Below, piece after piece: positions 56,196-64,000 of a DNA stretch of 64,000 nucleotides. A program made the translations under genes and the position numbers. This DNA comes from a virus: the IMG/VR virus record IMGVR_UViG_3300030107_001040, positions 1-64,000 of that record. The stretch is one strand, 5' to 3'. The notes beneath the pieces are model-generated. The model saw only the letters and a list, made by a program, of their open reading frames with translations, was not told the DNA's origin and searched no databases. The first letter of the stretch is position 1. Each line of letters opens with the position of its first letter.

Positions 56196-56337
56196 ACCCA
56201 TCAAAGTGGACTACGATTCTCAATTTGACTTATGTCAAGAGCAAGAGGATGAGTGGGTCTCTGACATCCTAGGAGGTGTCAAATGCTATGTTGATGAGGA
56301 TGAAGTCAACTGCAAAACTTGGAAACCTGACTATTAA
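56188..56337 (+). CDS. Hypothetical protein
   Basis: ATG at 56188 after SD GGAGG. Confidence 0.6.
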   Translation: MSKPIKVDYDSQFDLCQEQEDEWVSDILGGVKCYVDEDEVNCKTWKPDY

Positions 56338-56339
56338 CC

Positions 56340-56765
56340 ATGAACTACAACACTTACGAAGTTCTATTAGGACGTGACAACGGTTACAACAAAACTGTTC
56401 ATGTCCATGACTGTATGTACGAGGATGAGGCAAGACTACTTGCTGAATCACAGTATGGTCTTTCTGCTTTAAGGGTGTTGTATCAAGGCAGAACTGACCA
56501 GCAAAGAACACAGGATGAGTTAGCACCACCATACTATCAACCTAGAGGTTCTCTCTGGTCAGGTTTAGCAGTTCCTTCAGTATTGCTAGGACTCGTGGGT
56601 GTTGTTTTAGTTGTGGAATTCTGGTGGGTGTTTCTACTAGGAGCAGGAGGAGTAGCAGGTTATAAAGCATATCGTGACCGTCCTAACTTAGGTAAAGATA
56701 CTACTGAGTATGAGGAGGAAGACGAGGAGGAAATGACACTAGATGAGTATTTGAACTCAATTTAG
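56340..56765 (+). CDS. Hypothetical membrane protein
   Basis: Two hydrophobic segments, acidic tail. Confidence 0.7.
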   Translation: MNYNTYEVLLGRDNGYNKTVHVHDCMYEDEARLLAESQYGLSALRVLYQGRTDQQRTQDELAPPYYQPRGSLWSGLAVPSVLLGLVGVVLVVEFWWVFLLGAGGVAGYKAYRDRPNLGKDTTEYEEEDEEEMTLDEYLNSI

Positions 56766-56835
56766 ATATGTGTAGATTGTCAGTGGATCAGCACCAAAAT
56801 GCCTAAATAGTAGCAGAGTTATCGGAGGTGTTAAA

Positions 56836-56943
56836 ATGATCCCTACTTCTCTATATCATGTTGGCGTAAACAGTCCATTTGGAGATCTAACCTATGCACA
56901 ATATCCTTTCTCAAAACCGATTAATAGAATGGCAACATTCTAG
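56836..56943 (+). CDS. Possible leader ORF (35 aa)
   Basis: SD GGAGGTG; MIPTSLYHVGVNSPFGDLTYAQYPFSKPINRMATF; overlaps the next ORF. Confidence 0.35.
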   Translation: MIPTSLYHVGVNSPFGDLTYAQYPFSKPINRMATF

Positions 56944-57067
56944 TAATTACACGACACAACCAAGTGCAGACGATCTTATGGACGATTATTTTGAGTGTCT
57001 CATAGATTGCTCAGACAGTTCACATGACGCTTCATGCAGGAGGATATGTTCTGAAATGCTACGATAA
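56894..57067 (+). CDS. Small four-Cys protein (57 aa)
   Basis: MHNILSQN...DDYFECLIDC...SCRRICSEML; SD GGAG. Confidence 0.7.
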   Translation: MHNILSQNRLIEWQHSSNYTTQPSADDLMDDYFECLIDCSDSSHDASCRRICSEMLR

Positions 57068-57080
57068 GTTAAGTTATTTG

Positions 57081-57117
57081 AGACCACCTTGACGGTGGTC
57101 TTTTTTTTATGTACAAT
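57081..57117 (+). terminator. Intrinsic terminator overlapping a sigma70 promoter
   Basis: AGACCACC/GGTGGTCT plus T-run; TTGACG-N17-TACAAT. Confidence 0.8.
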
Positions 57118-57144
57118 ATTCCTATACACGCAACAGAAACAACC

Positions 57145-57678
57145 ATGTTTACTGAGATCTTTGAAGACGGCAGTCTAACCAACTATATCGGCACTAACGT
57201 GCAAGACCCTTGGCAGTCCACCCCATTTGAAGGATATGTCCACATGAGTCCTAAGCAGAAGGGTGAGTTTGGTGAAAGGTTCGTGACTAAGTATTTTGAG
57301 TTACAGGGATCAGGAGTCAAGAGGGCAAAGACATCTACAGCAGGACATGATAGAGTTGTTGACGAGATACTAACAGAGATCAAGTTCTCTCTTGCTACAC
57401 GTGACAGAAAAGGAGGAGTCAAGAAGGACTCATTCATCATCAACCACGTATCTAAGGACAAGGACTGGGAGAGATTAGTTTTCTTTGGCATCAACCCAGA
57501 CAACAGCAGCAGATTGGTCTGGTTCACTAAGGGAGATTTCCTTGCACACCTTGAGTCAGATGAGTGCTTGTTTGCTCATCAGCAGGGAGGCAAGAGCATA
57601 GAGAATGACGACTTCATTTGCACTAAAGTTAAAGATCTGCTAGAATGTGACTGGGTTAAGTCTGTGGAGGTATGGTAG
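57145..57678 (+). CDS. Putative PD-(D/E)XK restriction-like endonuclease
   Basis: KGEFGE helix, HD...EIK motif; overlaps the downstream methyltransferase. Confidence 0.55.
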   Translation: MFTEIFEDGSLTNYIGTNVQDPWQSTPFEGYVHMSPKQKGEFGERFVTKYFELQGSGVKRAKTSTAGHDRVVDEILTEIKFSLATRDRKGGVKKDSFIINHVSKDKDWERLVFFGINPDNSSRLVWFTKGDFLAHLESDECLFAHQQGGKSIENDDFICTKVKDLLECDWVKSVEVW

Positions 57679-58397
57679 ATTTATTATATGGTGACTGCTT
57701 AAAACTGTTACCTAATTTGCTTGATGATAGTATTGATATGTTACTGGTAGATTTACCGTATGGTACTACTGCTTGTAAATGGGATAGTGTGTTACCACTT
57801 GACAAACTATGGGAGCAATACAATAGAGTATGTAAGAAGGATGCCGCTATGGTATTCACAGCAGCACAACCATTTACTACTGTCTTGGCATCATCCAATA
57901 TCAGTAATTTCAGGTATGAGTGGATATGGGAGAAACCGCAGGGAACTAATCCTATGAACTCTAAGATCATGCCACTAAAGGCACATGAGAATATATTGGT
58001 ATTTTATAGAATTAAACCAACATATAATCCTCAAATGTGGTATTCTACTCCTTACAGTGGGTTCAGTTCTGATACTGCTAAGATAGGTGAGGTCTATGGT
58101 CAGCAGCAGTCTAAGCATAGAGATAATCCTGAAGGATCACGCTACCCTAAGACAGTATTGAAATTTAAACAAGAGAAGGGACAGCACCCAACACAGAAAC
58201 CAGTCAAGTTGATGGAATATTTGATTAAGACCTATACTAACGAGGGTGATACAGTATTGGATAATACTATGGGATCAGGCACGACTGGAGTGGCAGCAGT
58301 TGACACTGGTAGAAACTTCATTGGTATGGAGAATAATAGAGACTACTACCAGACAGCAGAGAATAGAATTAATCATCCTATCAGGTCTCTACTATGA
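57672..58397 (+). CDS. DNA amino-methyltransferase (beta class, probably N6-A)
   Basis: DLPYG, HPTQKP, LDNTMGSGTT. Confidence 0.92.
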   Translation: MVDLLYGDCLKLLPNLLDDSIDMLLVDLPYGTTACKWDSVLPLDKLWEQYNRVCKKDAAMVFTAAQPFTTVLASSNISNFRYEWIWEKPQGTNPMNSKIMPLKAHENILVFYRIKPTYNPQMWYSTPYSGFSSDTAKIGEVYGQQQSKHRDNPEGSRYPKTVLKFKQEKGQHPTQKPVKLMEYLIKTYTNEGDTVLDNTMGSGTTGVAAVDTGRNFIGMENNRDYYQTAENRINHPIRSLL

Positions 58398-59365
58398 AGG
58401 ATACTATTTTATATGGAGACTGTAGAGAAACACTGCCAGCATTTATAGACAAAGCACGAATGTGTGTCACCTCACCACCATACTACGGATTAAGAGACTA
58501 TGGTGGTAAGGATGAGCAGATAGGGCAGGAGCAGTCACCAGAAGAGTATATTGACCAGTTAGTACAAGTGTTCAGGAAGGTTAGAGACTGTCTTACAGAT
58601 GATGGCACCTTATGGGTTAATATTGGTGATTCATATTATAATTATAGACCTGGAAAAGGTCAGGCACTAAACAAGCAGTCAGTCAGTAAGACTAAGCAGG
58701 ATTTACCAGACGAGTGTCCACGTAGAGGAAACAAATTAGAAGGACTCAAAGAAAAGGATTTAATCGGCATCCCTTGGATGTTGGCATTTGCTCTACGTGC
58801 AGATGGATGGTATTTGAGGCAGGATATTATATGGCACAAACCTAATCCCATGCCAGAGTCAGTCAAGGACAGATGCACTAAGGCACATGAGTATATTTTT
58901 CTATTCAGTAAAAATAAGAAGTATTTCTATGACAACGAAGCAATCAAGGAACCTGCAAAGGACTGGGGAACCAGAGACAGATCAAAAGGAAAGTATCACA
59001 ACGAGGGAACAGGACTGCAACCGCATACAGGTCTTACAAAATCATATCCAACAAAAAATAAACGATCTGTCTGGTCAGTAACTAACAAACCATACAAGGG
59101 ATCACATTTTGCAGTGTTTCCACCTGACCTGATTGAACCATGTATCAAGGCAGGTAGTGAGAAGGGTGATGTGGTATTAGATCCATTTATGGGATCAGGC
59201 ACAACTGGTATGGTAGCGAAACAGTTAGGCAGATACTACCTAGGATGCGAACTGAACGAGGACTATAGAAATTTGATAGAGACACGTGTGTCGGATAACA
59301 AAGTGGTACAAATTTGTGACAAACCCGTAACAAACGGGTTGAGTGACTTGATTCAGTCTGTATAA
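58394..59365 (+). CDS. DNA amino-methyltransferase (beta class, probably N4-C)
   Basis: TSPPYYGLRDY, WHKPNPMPESV.DR, HFAVFP, LDPFMGSGTT. Confidence 0.93.
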   Translation: MKDTILYGDCRETLPAFIDKARMCVTSPPYYGLRDYGGKDEQIGQEQSPEEYIDQLVQVFRKVRDCLTDDGTLWVNIGDSYYNYRPGKGQALNKQSVSKTKQDLPDECPRRGNKLEGLKEKDLIGIPWMLAFALRADGWYLRQDIIWHKPNPMPESVKDRCTKAHEYIFLFSKNKKYFYDNEAIKEPAKDWGTRDRSKGKYHNEGTGLQPHTGLTKSYPTKNKRSVWSVTNKPYKGSHFAVFPPDLIEPCIKAGSEKGDVVLDPFMGSGTTGMVAKQLGRYYLGCELNEDYRNLIETRVSDNKVVQICDKPVTNGLSDLIQSV

Positions 59366-59418
59366 TGTGAGGAGGCAGCACACCGTTGCCTAAATGTTCA
59401 AAAAATCATCATTTTAAA

Positions 59419-59748
59419 ATGACAGCAACGACCTTGACTACCCCTTCAACATCTAAAACAACTAGAAAAAGAAGGTCTAGGAAGGCAAAGACTACTCCAC
59501 TAAATAGAACACCTAAGACTGAGGTAATTACTGTGACCGAATCAACCGCACCTGCCAGAGTCCGTCCAGAGAAACCAAACCTAACTTGGGAAGACTACAG
59601 AGATGACGCTAAAGTCAGATATGAGATTCACCAGTATGAGGTTCAGGAATTATGGAACGACTGCAAGTGGGTTTATCAACAGTCACTACCATACGTCACT
59701 AAGGGTTTCAACTACGTGAGAGATAGATTCAATTCCTTCAAGAAGTAA
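59419..59748 (+). CDS. Hypothetical protein
   Basis: ATG at 59419; basic low-complexity N-terminus. Confidence 0.65.
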   Translation: MTATTLTTPSTSKTTRKRRSRKAKTTPLNRTPKTEVITVTESTAPARVRPEKPNLTWEDYRDDAKVRYEIHQYEVQELWNDCKWVYQQSLPYVTKGFNYVRDRFNSFKK

Positions 59749-59761
59749 TCCGCATTTCAAA

Positions 59762-59804
59762 GTGTCACATGTCCCCTCTAACGAGGGGATTTTTCATGTA
59801 CAAT
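59762..59804 (+). promoter_or_regulatory. Early-type promoter with embedded terminator hairpin
   Basis: GTGTCAC, TCCCCTC/GAGGGGA plus Ts, TACAAT at 30 nt. Confidence 0.7.
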
Positions 59805-59827
59805 GAAATTATTCAGAAGAGAACCGA

Positions 59828-61060
59828 GTGACAACACTGAGACCACATCAGCAACGTGCATACGATAAGATGAACACAGCAGTATGTGGTCAGGTTATTG
59901 TTCCTACTGGTGGTGGCAAGACTTATATAATGATACAGGACTGCATCAGGAGATTAAAGACTAGGCATGATGACAGAGTGATCGTGGTGGTGGCACCTCG
60001 TATATTATTAGCAAACCAGTTGAGCAGTGAGTTCACTGGTCTATTAGATGATGATATAAATGTATTACACGTGCATAGCGGAGAAACACATTTTGACAGC
60101 ACGACTAATGCGGAGGAGGTAGCGCAGTGGGTAAGTGATAGGACTGGTAACAGTATAATATTTACCACTTACCACTCCTTACCACGTATTGTCAAGAGTG
60201 CTATACAGATTGATACCATATATTTTGATGAAGCGCACAACGGATGCGGAAAGAAGTTTTTTGAGGGCATTTTGAATACTGCTGAATATGCGAAGAGAAG
60301 ATTTTACTTTACTGCTACACCTCGTATAGGTAGAGGCACCAGCAAAGAACGTGGTATGAATAATACTACTGTATGGGGTGAAGTGTTAGAGCAGGTTGAA
60401 GCACGTGAACTGATTAACAGTGGTGCTATACTTCCACCGAAGGTCACACCATTTGAGACTGATCGGACTCGTGATAAGATTAACGCTCACGAGGTTGACG
60501 CTAGTAACCTAAAGGACATCATTAAGCAGTTTGATTCTAATGCCAAGGTATTAGTAGCAGCACCGAGCACTAGGATACTATGGAACATGCTCACTAAGAC
60601 TGATATTCTTGACTGGTTCAAAAAGCAGAATTATGACGTGATGCACATCACATCTAAGCATGGTGCCTACGTTAATGGCAAGAAGGTAGGAAGAGAATCA
60701 TTTTTTGATACCTTGTCAGACTGGGGTAACAGCAACCGCAGATTTGTGGTATTCCATTACAGCATATTGTCAGAGGGTATAAATGTACCAGGATTGACTC
60801 ATACTGTATTATTGAGGAATTTACCTATTATTGAAATGGCACAAACCATAGGTAGAGTTATCAGAGTTCATCCTGAAGATAGGAAGGATGTAGAAGATGG
60901 TATCATACCAGCAGCGCAGTTCACTTTATACCGTAAAGGTTATGGTAGTGTTACTGTTCCCTTGACTGGTAAGTATGGTGCCAAGATCGCTCAAAGATTA
61001 GAGCGAGTGGTTACCGACATATTTGTAGAGGGAAGACCACCAACTGCCTACACATCTTAG
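59828..61060 (+). CDS. SF2 DExH helicase (type III restriction Res-like)
   Basis: LRPHQ, PTGGGKT, DEAH, TATP, LSEGINVP, QTIGRVIR. Confidence 0.92.
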   Translation: MTTLRPHQQRAYDKMNTAVCGQVIVPTGGGKTYIMIQDCIRRLKTRHDDRVIVVVAPRILLANQLSSEFTGLLDDDINVLHVHSGETHFDSTTNAEEVAQWVSDRTGNSIIFTTYHSLPRIVKSAIQIDTIYFDEAHNGCGKKFFEGILNTAEYAKRRFYFTATPRIGRGTSKERGMNNTTVWGEVLEQVEARELINSGAILPPKVTPFETDRTRDKINAHEVDASNLKDIIKQFDSNAKVLVAAPSTRILWNMLTKTDILDWFKKQNYDVMHITSKHGAYVNGKKVGRESFFDTLSDWGNSNRRFVVFHYSILSEGINVPGLTHTVLLRNLPIIEMAQTIGRVIRVHPEDRKDVEDGIIPAAQFTLYRKGYGSVTVPLTGKYGAKIAQRLERVVTDIFVEGRPPTAYTS

Positions 61061-61115
61061 GACAGTTTGCAAAGTGAACACATTTTCCCCCACTGTCCCC
61101 TTGCTTTGCTATTAT
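61060..61115 (+). promoter_or_regulatory. Early-type promoter motif
   Basis: GGACA-N10-TGAACAC, about 29 nt, TATTAT. Confidence 0.5.
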
Positions 61116-61120
61116 ATAAA

Positions 61121-61273
61121 TGTTGAGGGATACGTGGTTCTACTGCCCAAAACTCATTTGTGGGGTTATCCTACTAAGATATGAGGAGTAGGGGTTCAGG
61201 TGTAAGCGATTCCCAGTAGGTAAATTTGGTCTCTTGGGTGAAACCCATTGAAGTTAGACCCACTCTCTCAACA
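61121..61273 (+). ncRNA. Candidate multi-branched ncRNA B
   Basis: 10-bp terminal stem plus six internal helices and a loop-loop complement; no + strand ORF in the track. Confidence 0.6.
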
Positions 61274-61308
61274 CCCCAAACCATGATCTTATTCAAGTGC
61301 ATTACCAA

Positions 61309-61416
61309 ATGACTGAAGAGTGTTACAAGTTGCTTTGCAACCCTACTCCGATCATCAAGTACTATTTCTTGACTGGTATCGGATCTTATCAACCACGCAA
61401 GGAGGAAAAGAAATGA
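61309..61416 (+). CDS. Micro-ORF (35 aa)
   Basis: MTEECYKLLCNPTPIIKYYFLTGIGSYQPRKEEKK, ATGA-coupled to the next gene. Confidence 0.45.
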   Translation: MTEECYKLLCNPTPIIKYYFLTGIGSYQPRKEEKK

Positions 61417-61625
61417 AATCCGCAGTATTTCAAGTTCGCATCCAACTAGATGATGAGAACGATCCGATCAACCCAGTTCACTTATGCGAAGAGATTCAAG
61501 CATATTTGAACTCTTGGCACTCTCAACTGGACGAGTCCACTGACGAGTATCAGGATGCTAGAGTTGTAGGATACAAGTTTGAATACGACAAGTTTCTACC
61601 ATTCACTGCTCAGGAGGAATACTAA
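61413..61625 (+). CDS. Hypothetical early protein
   Basis: SD AAGGAGG, ATG at 61413. Confidence 0.7.
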   Translation: MKSAVFQVRIQLDDENDPINPVHLCEEIQAYLNSWHSQLDESTDEYQDARVVGYKFEYDKFLPFTAQEEY

Positions 61626-61783
61626 TGAAGGAATTCAGAATCGTTGCTTCACGTGTTACCAATTATGTTGCATACGTGGAAGCAGAGAACGAAGCAGAAG
61701 CAGAATTTCTTTCTAGTGATGTTGACTGGCAGTTTTTGGATGATGAGGACTACGAGGTCTACACAGTTGAGGAGGTTGAGTAA
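61625..61783 (+). CDS. Hypothetical early protein (52 aa)
   Basis: MKEFRIVASRVTNYVAYVEAENEAEA...; SD AGGAGG. Confidence 0.7.
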   Translation: MKEFRIVASRVTNYVAYVEAENEAEAEFLSSDVDWQFLDDEDYEVYTVEEVE

Positions 61784-61960
61784 ATGAAATTACATCAAGA
61801 CTGGTCACAACGCTACATGAAAGACTGTCGTTTGACTTTTGAAGAGCATCACCTAAACAACGAGTGGTTTAACAAGATGCTCTACATGCTTAAGGATGAT
61901 GGACAGTTATATGTCCCATTTCTTAAGAAATCGTTTAACAAGCGAGGTGAGGAACTATGA
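61784..61960 (+). CDS. Hypothetical early protein (58 aa)
   Basis: MKLHQDWSQRYM...; SD GGAGG. Confidence 0.7.
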   Translation: MKLHQDWSQRYMKDCRLTFEEHHLNNEWFNKMLYMLKDDGQLYVPFLKKSFNKRGEEL

Positions 61961-62130
61961 ACTGGAAACCAGTTGACAAGTATACAAGGTCAGGCAAGGA
62001 TGGTAAACTGTTAAAGTGTCCCAAGTGTGAATCCATCCATAAGGTTTATCACTTTGCATGGTCAGCACTTGGTTGCAACCACTGTGGTAAATCATTTGAG
62101 AAAAACCTATGGTTAGTGGAGACAGCATAA
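61957..62130 (+). CDS. Small zinc-ribbon protein (57 aa)
   Basis: CPKC...VYHFAWSAL.CNHC. Confidence 0.7.
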   Translation: MNWKPVDKYTRSGKDGKLLKCPKCESIHKVYHFAWSALGCNHCGKSFEKNLWLVETA

Positions 62131-62131
62131 A

Positions 62132-62365
62132 ATGGCACTTATCATTACACCAGATGACCCCAACCTGTATAAAAGTATGAGAACACCAGAAGAAATTCGC
62201 AGAAGGCAGGAATTATGCCTTGATCTCATTCAAGTATGTCAAGATGATTTGACTGTCCTTGAACAACTGGTAGATGACCACGTTTATGACCTGACGTTAG
62301 AGCAGGTCAAAGAATACGAGGAATTATGCACCAGTATTCTGTCTCATCCTGATTATGTCAAGTGA
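62132..62365 (+). CDS. Hypothetical early protein
   Basis: ORF track. Confidence 0.65.
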   Translation: MALIITPDDPNLYKSMRTPEEIRRRQELCLDLIQVCQDDLTVLEQLVDDHVYDLTLEQVKEYEELCTSILSHPDYVK

Positions 62366-62368
62366 TAA

Positions 62369-62429
62369 GGGACAGTACGACAAAGTGTCCACTAAATGCC
62401 CCATTAGGGGCATTTTTTGTGTATATTAT
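62369..62429 (+). promoter_or_regulatory. Early-type promoter with embedded terminator hairpin
   Basis: GGACA...GTGTCCAC, AATGCCCC/GGGGCATT plus Ts, -10-like TATATTAT. Confidence 0.7.
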
Positions 62430-62452
62430 AAGAGTAAACAAAAGAGGACTTT

Positions 62453-62797
62453 ATGACCACTTCCTTTCCTGATCTTCCAACACTATCACTTGACGCAAAA
62501 GTGGAGTTGTGGGTTTTGGATTTGGTAGACGCACTTGAAGCAAACTACGCAAGTCGCTATCCAGATTCATCATGCCCTGTAAAGTTTGAAACTAAGATAG
62601 GTAAAAAGTACATCAAGATTATTCAGGTTGATGGAGGTGTCCACGCATTTGTTGACAAGAAAACTGGTGAGGTCTACAAACCAGCATCTTGGAAAGCACC
62701 AGCAAAGCACGTAAGGTATGATCTCAGGATCATCAACCAACGTCAAGAGTGTCTAGCACGTGCTGACTGGGCAGGTGGTTATCTTTATCTACGCTAG
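62453..62797 (+). CDS. Conserved phage early protein
   Basis: GKKYIKI, VHAFVDKKTG.VYKPASWKAPAK.VRY, ADWAGGYLY. Confidence 0.85.
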   Translation: MTTSFPDLPTLSLDAKVELWVLDLVDALEANYASRYPDSSCPVKFETKIGKKYIKIIQVDGGVHAFVDKKTGEVYKPASWKAPAKHVRYDLRIINQRQECLARADWAGGYLYLR

Positions 62798-62809
62798 GAG
62801 GAAATCAAA

Positions 62810-63001
62810 ATGTCTTATCTTGAAGCAATCAGAGCACAACCTATGGATCAAATTGATTTCCTACAGGAAGTATATGCAGACTATGTGGTCAAGCATAGAC
62901 TACCTATGGTATCAGCAGATGAGCAGGATTTTCATCCTGAGCACACTGCATGGTTTCACAATTTCATTAAAGCATGGGATCATGCTCAGGAGGTATCATA
63001 A
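62810..63001 (+). CDS. Hypothetical early protein
   Basis: SD AGGAGG. Confidence 0.7.
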   Translation: MSYLEAIRAQPMDQIDFLQEVYADYVVKHRLPMVSADEQDFHPEHTAWFHNFIKAWDHAQEVS

Positions 63002-63231
63002 TGCACCATTCTGAAACATTTGGACGCATATTCTGGGTTGATGAGGATTTTGAGTTTAGATCCTGTCCACAATACCTAGATGGAACTGGCGATTTTGATA
63101 ATTCTGATTATGTATCAGAGTGGGATGACTGGGAAGGAGTGGATCTACAAAAACTCTTTGCCATTCATAAATCATGCGTTATTAACAAGGTTGAGCACGC
63201 AAATTCACTTACATTCAAGGAGGCACTCTAA
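63001..63231 (+). CDS. Hypothetical early protein
   Basis: ATG at 63001 (TAATG overlap), SD GGAGG. Confidence 0.7.
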   Translation: MHHSETFGRIFWVDEDFEFRSCPQYLDGTGDFDNSDYVSEWDDWEGVDLQKLFAIHKSCVINKVEHANSLTFKEAL

Positions 63232-63501
63232 ATGTCAAATCTACCTAAGAACGCAGCACAACTAGATGCGATCATTGAGCAGTATACAGATATTGTCCTT
63301 GAGCGCATGGATTACCAAGCACTTGAGCAGTATGTGTATGACTCTCTTATAGACTATTATTCCAAAATGAGCAAGGTTGAACTAAAGGAGCATATCATAG
63401 AAATGGAAAATTCAGGATGTCCAGAAGATAACCTATGGGACGAACTCGCCGATAATGTTAAAGATCTTGAAGATGCTATCCCGATTGACTATAATGGATG
63501 A
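63232..63501 (+). CDS. Hypothetical early protein
   Basis: SD AAGGAGG. Confidence 0.7.
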   Translation: MSNLPKNAAQLDAIIEQYTDIVLERMDYQALEQYVYDSLIDYYSKMSKVELKEHIIEMENSGCPEDNLWDELADNVKDLEDAIPIDYNG

Positions 63502-63540
63502 TATACTACTAGAAGGAACCAACCTAATGAGGACATCCAA

Positions 63541-63714
63541 ATGACCGTCACCAGAGTCAAAACCGATCATCACGTGATTGACTTCAGATCTAAGAAACTA
63601 TACAAAGAGGTTCTGAAGGACTGCCGAGATCTAGGAATTTCACTTGACTACTACTTCTTTGAGTTTGAACTGGAGGCAGATGACCTACCAGAAGACGAGA
63701 TAGATGACGATTGA
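63541..63714 (+). CDS. Hypothetical early protein (57 aa)
   Basis: MTVTRVKTDHHVIDF...GISLDYYFFEF; SD GAGG. Confidence 0.65.
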   Translation: MTVTRVKTDHHVIDFRSKKLYKEVLKDCRDLGISLDYYFFEFELEADDLPEDEIDDD

Positions 63715-63762
63715 AGTACTGTCACACTAAACCCCCATTAGGGGGTTTTTTATGTGTATAAT
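63705..63762 (+). promoter_or_regulatory. Early-type promoter with embedded terminator hairpin
   Basis: TGACG-N10-TGTCAC, AAACCCCC/GGGGGTTT plus Ts, TATAAT at 31 nt. Confidence 0.7.
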
Positions 63763-63786
63763 GAGTATAACAAACAAAGAGACCTT

Positions 63787-64000
63787 ATGAACAAAACTCA
63801 AACCATTATCAACAGAATACTACAGGTTGAGAATTTCCAAAATGTTGCCTGTGTATGTGCTAACTGGGAAGAGTTTGTTCAGGAGTTGAGCGAGTGGGGT
63901 GTTACAGGATGTGCCAAAATAGAATTTGATGATCCTGAACTAGACATCCCAACACTTGACAAATTTATGGTCACTGAAAATGGATATATCAGGGAGGTTG
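63787..64000 (+). CDS. Hypothetical early protein (runs off window)
   Basis: Open frame MNKTQTIINRILQVENFQNVACVC... to the window end. Confidence 0.6.
   Translation, partial: MNKTQTIINRILQVENFQNVACVCANWEEFVQELSEWGVTGCAKIEFDDPELDIPTLDKFMVTENGYIREV

Overview
This window is a 64-kb segment of a T4-like marine cyanophage (cyanomyovirus) genome. It is AT-rich and almost entirely on the + strand; a Prochlorococcus-like host is inferred, not shown. Layout: (1) 1-7 kb holds tRNA-Asp, tRNA-Thr, a tandem glutamine riboswitch, talC, denA, two hli genes, a psbN-like gene, psbA and an outer-membrane barrel gene. (2) 7-15.8 kb holds nrdC, thyX, ho1, phoH, an exonuclease, gp33, gp32 and small membrane ORFs with a NifU-like gene. 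(3) 15.9-31.3 kb is the baseplate/tail module (gp53, gp48, gp4, gp54-like, gp26/gp51, two tape-measure-like paralogs, hub, gp5), with cp12 and cpeT inserted. (4) 32.9-53 kb holds fibre/virion genes mixed with a carbamoyltransferase and many 2OG-Fe(II) oxygenases. (5) 53-64 kb is an early-type region with two nuclease-methyltransferase cassettes, an SF2 helicase, two large structured non-coding segments and many small ORFs. Best leads: a start-less gp51-like ORF that appears to require a -1 frameshift at T-TTT-TTC, directly upstream of the tape-measure-like genes; a glutamine aptamer whose P2 loop contains a whole 51-codon ORF; and two promoter-proximal, end-paired candidate ncRNAs. All family assignments come from motif recognition by eye; no searches were run.
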